Below are positions 57,387 to 64,000 of a stretch of DNA of 64,000 nucleotides, piece after piece (the stretch's first letter is position 1; each line of letters starts with the position of its first letter). The position numbers and the translations under genes are program-made. Source of the stretch: Emiliania huxleyi CCMP1516 (lineage: Eukaryota); the NCBI RefSeq assembly GCF_000372725.1, contig NW_005201318.1:293016-357015 (forward strand), given 5' to 3'. Below the pieces are notes generated by a model. That model made no database searches and was not told the origin of the DNA. It saw only the letters and a program-made list of their open reading frames with translations.

Positions 57387-58800
57387 GTGCACCTCGATCC
57401 TGTACCGTGTTTGTTATGACCCACCCCACTGAGGGAACAAACACAAATGACGTGTGAGTGTTAGAGTTGTTTGGTATTGCTAAAAATCTCTCTGCCCCCC
57501 CAATGAACACACCAGAGAGGGAGGGCGAGACGATCGAGGGGTCCCGTACCATGCGGAATCGACCCTATCCAGTGCGCTCAAAGTGCTCAACTCTTGGTGG
57601 TCCAAGTCACCTCATCGAGGTAACTGGGCCCGCGGCAGCTTGTTCTGCGGCACGTTCGCCGCCTTCCAGAGGATCTCGCCGACCCCCTTCCCGTTTCCCG
57701 AACCCCCACCGGAGCTGCGCGCGGACGCCGATTTCTTTTCCACTCGTCCTCCCGGCCGCCCGCTCGGCGCGTGCGGCGACGCGTGCGCCACGTGAGCCCG
57801 CACGAGACCCGAGCCCTGCTCTCTCCCTACATGTACCACACGAAGTCGCCCATGCACCTCAGGCCTCAGGCGCCCGGCCCCCGCCCGCCCGGAGGCGGCG
57901 GAGCAGCCCCCACGCGTCGCCGCAAGGCCGCTCGAATTGGCCGCCTTCCTTCTCGACTGCATTCACTTCCTACATGATACAGAATTTTACAACACAAAAC
58001 TCGCAAACAACAAAAGGCGCGCACACGCTGGCGCTCGCTGGGGGTGGGGCACCCTATATAACGCCACAGGCCGTTTTGATGAAGAATTTCCGAAACAAAT
58101 AATTCTTTGCCGCCGGCGCTATTAGTATTACACAAATACAGAAAATACTCCAAATTCATTTGATGACGGCCGGCGCCTTCCCAAAGAGGCCACGGACGCT
58201 CTTGGGCGAGGCGGCGAGGCGGCGCTGCTGGCGTGGCTCGACAGCAGCGGGCGGGTCGGCGCCGGAGGAGGCTCAAGGAGGAGCAGACGACACAGAGGAG
58301 GATGGCGACGGCCGGAGGACTGCCCAGCGAGAGCAGGCAGGAAACTGCTAGAGGCGATCACCGTTTGCGCACAGTGCCGCTCAGCTTCTCCTCCGAGGCC
58401 ATCTTTTGCGACAGGATGAGCTCTTGCAGCCGCGCCGTCATCTCCTCCACCTCGCGTTCGCGCGCCTTTTTGAACCGCGGATGCATCGGGAGCGAGGGGC
58501 CAGGCGGCCGTGGCGTGGGGTATGTATCGCACACGTGTCGTGGGCGCGCCGGAGTGGGAGTGTGCGCTGGTGGCGCTGCGCTGGTGGCGCTGCGCAAGGG
58601 CGACGCGGCGCCTGCACCGCGTCGCAGAGCGCTGCCGCACGCTCCTCTGCCGCCACAACCTCAACACGCAGCGCCGCCTCGCGCGCTTCGGCCGCTTTCT
58701 CGGCCGCCTTTCGCTGCTCGTCATGCGCCGCGACCTCTGTGGCGCACCGCTGCCGCTCCGCCTCCAACGCCGCGGAGACCGCCTTCTCAACCGCGCTCGC

Positions 58801-59349
58801 CTAGCGCCAGCAACGAAAGTCGGATTCGCACGCGAGGAGCGTCAGCCGACGACGGGTGATCCCTCGCGCCTCCTCCTCGGCGTGCTGCTGCTTGTTGAGC
58901 TCGAGATTGATTGAGCGCGCCTCCCCCGCCATCCAGGCGCCGTGCAGCTCTCGCATCCCACTCGTGACGCTCGTGAGCTCATTGTCGGTGGCGTCAGCCA
59001 CCCACCTGCGGCACTCATCCGCACGCAGGGCGGAGAACCGCAGGATCGCGTGCTCAGAGGATCGGTCCGCGTGCGCCCGGTCATCGCACGCCGTGACGCG
59101 TGCCCCAGCCATTGCGCGCTGCGTCTGTTCGGAGAGGCCTTCGTCGAAGGAGGCGAGCACATGGTCCGCGGCTGCCGACAGGTCGTCCATCGTGACCTTG
59201 TTTTCGAGGGCAATCATCAAGTGCTGTATGAAGGCCACCCAGGCAAGGCGCCGGCTACGATGGGCGGCTGTTTTTCTTTGTTTATCGATCAACACTTTCG
59301 ATAGACCGAAAGTAAGATCGTTCGGTGCAGAAACCCCGGCCATGCCCAT
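58801..59349 (-). CDS. Hypothetical protein divergent from the Helitron-like ORF
   Basis: Open frame from MGMAGVSAP with coding-like composition. No recognisable motif. Confidence 0.3.
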   Translation of the reverse strand: MGMAGVSAPNDLTFGLSKVLIDKQRKTAAHRSRRLAWVAFIQHLMIALENKVTMDDLSAAADHVLASFDEGLSEQTQRAMAGARVTACDDRAHADRSSEHAILRFSALRADECRRWVADATDNELTSVTSGMRELHGAWMAGEARSINLELNKQQHAEEEARGITRRRLTLLACESDFRCWR

Positions 59350-59413
59350 GTAACGCAATTTGATTTTTTTTGATTTTTTGGTAGAAGTGTCTCCAAGTCT
59401 TCTGGACCCATCG

Positions 59414-60886
59414 ATGGCCGTCGCCTCGACGCCGCTCGTCGCGGCACCATCGTGCCCGGCCTGGGCGAAGCATCGTCGCGGGCGCCAGCCGCAGTTCGAC
59501 GGCAAGCCGTGCGAGCCTGCTAAGGAGGAGGACATGTGGCTGTGCCTGGCCGACGGCCGCGCGCGCAGCACCGCCGACCTGAAGCGCCTGGCGACAGCCG
59601 CTCGGGTGCGAGCGAAACGAGCAAGAGATGCAGCCGCCGCGAACACGCGCGATCGGCAGGCGCGCGACCAGCGCCGCCGGCAGCGTGAGCAGCACGACCG
59701 GCGCGCAGCGCCGGCGGTCGCCAAGACCGTGCGCCCACAACGCGGCCAGTGCGGCTGCCCGGCGCACGCGGTGTGCGGCATGTGCGTCGACCAGGGCAAG
59801 CTCGCCGCGGCCGAGCAGGCGGCCATCGACCTGGAGACGCGCTTTCACGCCTCGACGAACGTCGTCATGGACCTGGAGCGGCCCGAGGACGAGACGGCGG
59901 CGCTGCTGCAGCGCTGCGTGCACGTCTCCGACGAGACGAAGCGGCGGCTGCTGGGCGAGTGGAGCGACGAGCGCATGGCGCATGCGCTGCCGCTGCACGC
60001 ATGCGCCTCGTGCGGCGTGCGGGACCCGTCGCTGACGTACACGCGGGTTGACGTGTCGGCGCTGCCGCGCACTGTGTCTGTGTGCGTAGCCGGCGGCGAA
60101 GACGAGACGCGGCACGTGTTTGAGCTCTCGCCCGAGCAGTGCGCTAAGTATCGAGGTCTTCAAAACAAAAAGGTGCGCCTTGCGTTTCCCAACGGCGCGA
60201 GCAACGACCGTCCCAACGGCGACGGTACGCACGAATTCCGCGACACCGACATCTCGCGCGTCATCAGCTGCTGGGAGTCGGACGACGGCACGCTCTACCA
60301 CCTGCACCCCGAACTCGTCGACCGCCGCGCAAATGAGCATGGCGTGATGGTGCCGTGCGCGATGCTGTGTCAATGGTGTGGTGACCAAGCCGACGCACGA
60401 AACAAGGAGCCCAAGGCACCCAAGCTCTCCTTGGCCGCTGGCATCGACTACGGGTCGCTGGCTCGCGTGCGCGAGCTCACGCCGCTCTCCGAGGTCGAGC
60501 GCATGCTGGTCTCGGATGTGCGGCTCTACCATGTGGTCGCCAAGGTGACGACGCACTACGGTGCCGAGCGCCCCGGCGCGCTCAAAGGCGACGTGATCTA
60601 CTTCCCTCACGACGGCCCAAAGGAGGCGGCCAAGGCGCTCGCCAGCAGCGCGAGGGAGGCGCTTCGCGACCGCGTGGCGTGGCTCAAGGGCACCGACTTT
60701 CGCGTGGCCTTTGTCGGCCCCGACGGCAACCGTGACAACTTGATGAAGTGGCTGCGCGGCCGAAACGTGGTCGCCGTGCGACCTTGGGTGGTGTACAACC
60801 ACCTCGCAAGGAGTTGCGGTGTTGATCGCCGCGGGAGCCCTCTTATATCGCGTCCGAAGCGAAATATCCTTTTTTTGTTTTTTTGA
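59414..60886 (+). mobile_element. Helitron2/Helentron-type RepHel N-terminal fragment (DUF6570-like), truncated
   Basis: CASCG...LCQWC...PKLSLAAGIDYG...LTPLSEVERMLVS...ALKGDVIYFPHD...VAFVGP...VRPWVVYNHL resembles the region preceding the HUH Rep domain. No Rep or helicase motifs follow. Confidence 0.65.
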
Positions 60887-61145
60887 TTGTGTTTCTCCTG
60901 CTCCGCCGTAAGGGTTCATTTTTTCTCTTTGCTCAAAGTAAGCGACCAATGCGATGTAGAGAGGAGAGAGAGAGAGATTTGAAAAACCAACCAACACGAG
61001 TCTCACAGTGATTTGGGCTCGGCAGCGTGTTCTTCTTTTCTACAATGATCAATGTACAATCGATCACACCACACAAGTATACACAAGTATGCTGGGACGA
61101 TACAGTCGTTGTGGGAAAAAAGCTTTCATCTCTCATTCATGGCTC

Positions 61146-62020
61146 CTGAGGGAGGGTGGGTGTAGAGGATGTAGAGTGTAGAGCGCTGTAGAGCTGTAGA
61201 GATGTAGAGCGCTCTGGAGCGCTGTAGAGCTGTAGAGCTCTACATCCGCCGCGTGACGATGCGCGTGCGTTGTAGAGCGATGTAGAGGCGCTCTACAACG
61301 TGAAATCTCTACAACAAACTCTACATCATAAGCGGCGAACGAGGCACGGTCGCTCTCCGACATGAGGCGCGTTGCACTTGCCAGTGCTGCCCTGGCCTTC
61401 TGTCTGCCCGCCCAATGGGTGGCAGGTGCCTCTGCTGCTATGGCATGCCTCACGGCTGCGACTGGCCGGCGCCTCGGCGCGTCAGCTCGGCTCGGCGTAG
61501 CGATCGTGGCCAGCGCAACTCGCCTGGACTCAACGCTCAGCCAGGAGCTCCCGCACGCGCTGGCGCGAGTCATGGCGCATGCAACGCGCAGCAATGCTCG
61601 CCTCGCCTCGCGCAAATGCGACCGTCCTCGCAGCCGACAGTCCACCGCCTGCTAAAGAAGCACAGCGACGAATGCGGCACCGGCGACGCATGGCAGGCTG
61701 GTCATGACGCAGTTATAGGGTGTTGTGTGCCGTCGGAGTGACTCTCTGTGTGTCAGGGATGGTCAGGGCTGTCCATCAGAGCTCCAGTAAGCTCGGAGAC
61801 ACCCCATTAGCGCGGCTCGACCTCTTTGAGTCACTGCCTTCCCGGCGGTTTGGCTGTAGAGCCTCTACAACAAACTCTACAGCAAAATCGCGCTCTACAT
61901 CGCTCTACAACGGAGGCGCATCGTCACGCGGCGGATGTAGAGCTCTACAGCTCTACAGCGCTCCAGAGCGCTACAGCTCTACAGCGCTCTACACTCTACA
62001 TCCTCTACACCCTCCCTCAG
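61146..62020. mobile_element. hAT-type MITE with long imperfect inverted ends
   Basis: Termini ctgagggagggt / accctccctcag, 8-bp TSD catggctc (61138-61145, 62021-62028), ~140 bp inverted arms rich in tgtagag/ctctaca. Confidence 0.92.
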
Positions 62021-63265
62021 CATGGCTCATGCGCAGTGTGTGCACAAGATACTGCAGGTATAAGCGCATACATGCGCTCCCATCACAATGTGGGCCACAA
62101 CCCGCACAGGACAAGCTTTCACCACAAGCATGCTTTCACCAAGCATCCCTTTCACCAGCACAGGCTTCGCTCATATGAAACAAGATTGTCTGCCCTCGCA
62201 GGTCATTGGTCACTGCCTGCATCGCTGAATACACTGACTGCAACGCCAAGCAACAAAAGCTTGCAATTGTGGCCGGCGAAGTTGCCTGCGCGTGGTCATC
62301 GAATGCACAATAGAGAGGGGAAGACGAAGTTCCACCGCATCAGTGACCGTCCTGCCAAGCTCCCTACGAACTGATCAATATGACCCGGAGCACTACCCAA
62401 GCCACACTGCTTATAGAGCTCCGCCTCAATGCTTTCGACAGCAGACAAGGAAAACCCACCACCGTACAGAGCCTCATCATCAGCAATGCCCATCTGTGAC
62501 AGACTGTTTCGACGGCATTGTTTGATTGTACATATGCTGCGAGGCGCGATGCTACCCATGTGCCATGAAGAGTATGACGTTTGCGATGCAGGAAGAGCGA
62601 GGCCTCTAGTTGCGCACATTCGCGGGTTGTAAAGATGATTCGAGGCCTCCTTAGCATCGCATGTACTAGCCACAGCGAAAAGAAAGAAAGAAAAACACGG
62701 GCGGATGGGAGGACGGCCTGCCGCCACCATACAGGGATTTTATTCTAACGGAGGAAAAGAGAAAATGGCACAACCTTGGTATCGACATACCTAAAACTTT
62801 GGTATCGTGAGGAGAAGAGTGTGGTGCGCTAGCCGTCGCCCACCCTTGGGCCTCTGCCTCTTCCTATCTTTCTTCGCAGGCCCTCGCCGATTCTCTCGCT
62901 GCAACCTTCATGCCACAGCTGTTGTGTTTCGCCTGCTCCGCTGCCGCAATTTTTTTCTTCCTTGCGGTGTCTGTTTCCTTGCGGGTGTTAATGTAGACCA
63001 GCAGGTGAGAAGATAAAAAAGTGGCGGGTCTAGGAATAAAAAAACATGGAGTGCGAGGTACTCGGCTTTCAATCCCAAACTGTCACTCCCCGTTCTCCCG
63101 GCCGGGGTGGGGCGCGCGCGGGGGCGGCGGGTGTGCAATGTCCCCCTAGCATAACCCTAGCTAAAAAAAAAGCGGGCCCTGCAGTGTCCGTATTGGTCGG
63201 ACAGAATCCTACTTTGTGGCGGCTCGCCGTCCAGAGTGGCGGCTCGCCGGCAAGGCGTCGCGCCA

Positions 63266-64000
63266 ATGGCGCCCACCGCGAAGCAAGAGATCGAGAAGCT
63301 TAAGACGGCCATCAAGGCCAAGCGACAGGCGCTGGACGACGGCGGAATGGCCGCGCATCAGGCAAAACGATGAGCCCTCGGAGCTCTCGCTCCGCACAGT
63401 CACCAACCCTCTGCCCTACCCATCTGGCAAGCCTGGCGTTCGAATCACCGTGCGTCCGGCACGCTCCTCTCAGGCGCCGGCGATGGGTAAGGTCGCCCTC
63501 AAGTGCCGCAAGGTGCTCAAGGGCCACTTTGCCAAGATTTATGCGCTGCACTGGGCGCCGACGACAGAGGGCGAGCGGCGGCGCCACCTGGTCTCGGCGT
63601 CGCAGGACGGGAAGCTCATCGTGTGGAACGGGTTGACGGCTAACAAGGTGCACGCGATCCCGCTGCGCTCCTCGTGGGTCATGACCTGCGCCTTCTCCCC
63701 TTCGGGGGGTCGGATCGCCTGCGGCGGCCTCGACAACACGTGCTCGATCTACAACGTCGCGGCGACGAGCAAAGACCAGCCCATCAAGGTGCAGCGCGAG
63801 CTGGCGGGGCACACTGGCTACCTCTCCTGCTGTCGCTTCCTCGACGAGACCACCGTCGTCACCGCCTCGGGAGACATGACGTGCATGCGGTGGGATGTCG
63901 AGACGGGGCAGCAGCAGCAGCAGTACGTCGACCACCAAGGCGACGTCATGTCGATCTCAATCGCGCCGCGCCAGGCGAGGCTCTTCGTCTCTGGCGCATG
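63266..64000 (+). CDS. GNB: Heterotrimeric G-protein beta subunit (WD40), runs off the window end
   Basis: N-terminal coiled coil, an intron, then [76 protein letters not shown]. Confidence 0.96.

Noticed and set aside
59282..61006. 574-aa minus-strand ORF, and similar shadow ORFs over the lectin array, hydrolases and kinase
   Set aside because: Antisense or alternate frames of GC-rich coding sequence with no recognisable motifs.

Overview
GC-rich, intron-containing eukaryotic DNA with N gaps. The GC-AG introns, 10-11 bp intronic tandem repeats (GGGGAGATAT etc.) and gene content suggest a haptophyte, probably Emiliania/Gephyrocapsa huxleyi (inference). Host genes: tRNA-Glu(CTC), an ABHD11/YbfF-like hydrolase, a long-chain acyl-CoA synthetase, a dienelactone hydrolase, a MenH-MenC fusion, a secreted subtilisin with seven F-type-lectin-like domains, an SH3-PDZ-STE20 kinase, a BSD protein, a G-protein beta subunit and three intronless F-box-like genes. 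The mobile fraction is the most interesting part. (1) An introner-like family: whole introns are homologous between unrelated genes and sit in a 10-bp target duplication that supplies the splice sites. (2) A TSD-bounded 5.2-kb non-LTR retrotransposon with L1-type RT, chromodomain, zinc finger, RNase H and an RLE-like tail. (3) Small retro-copies whose tail/target polarity looks opposite to L1 (T tail, A-rich target). (4) Two hAT-type MITEs and a Helitron-like fragment.
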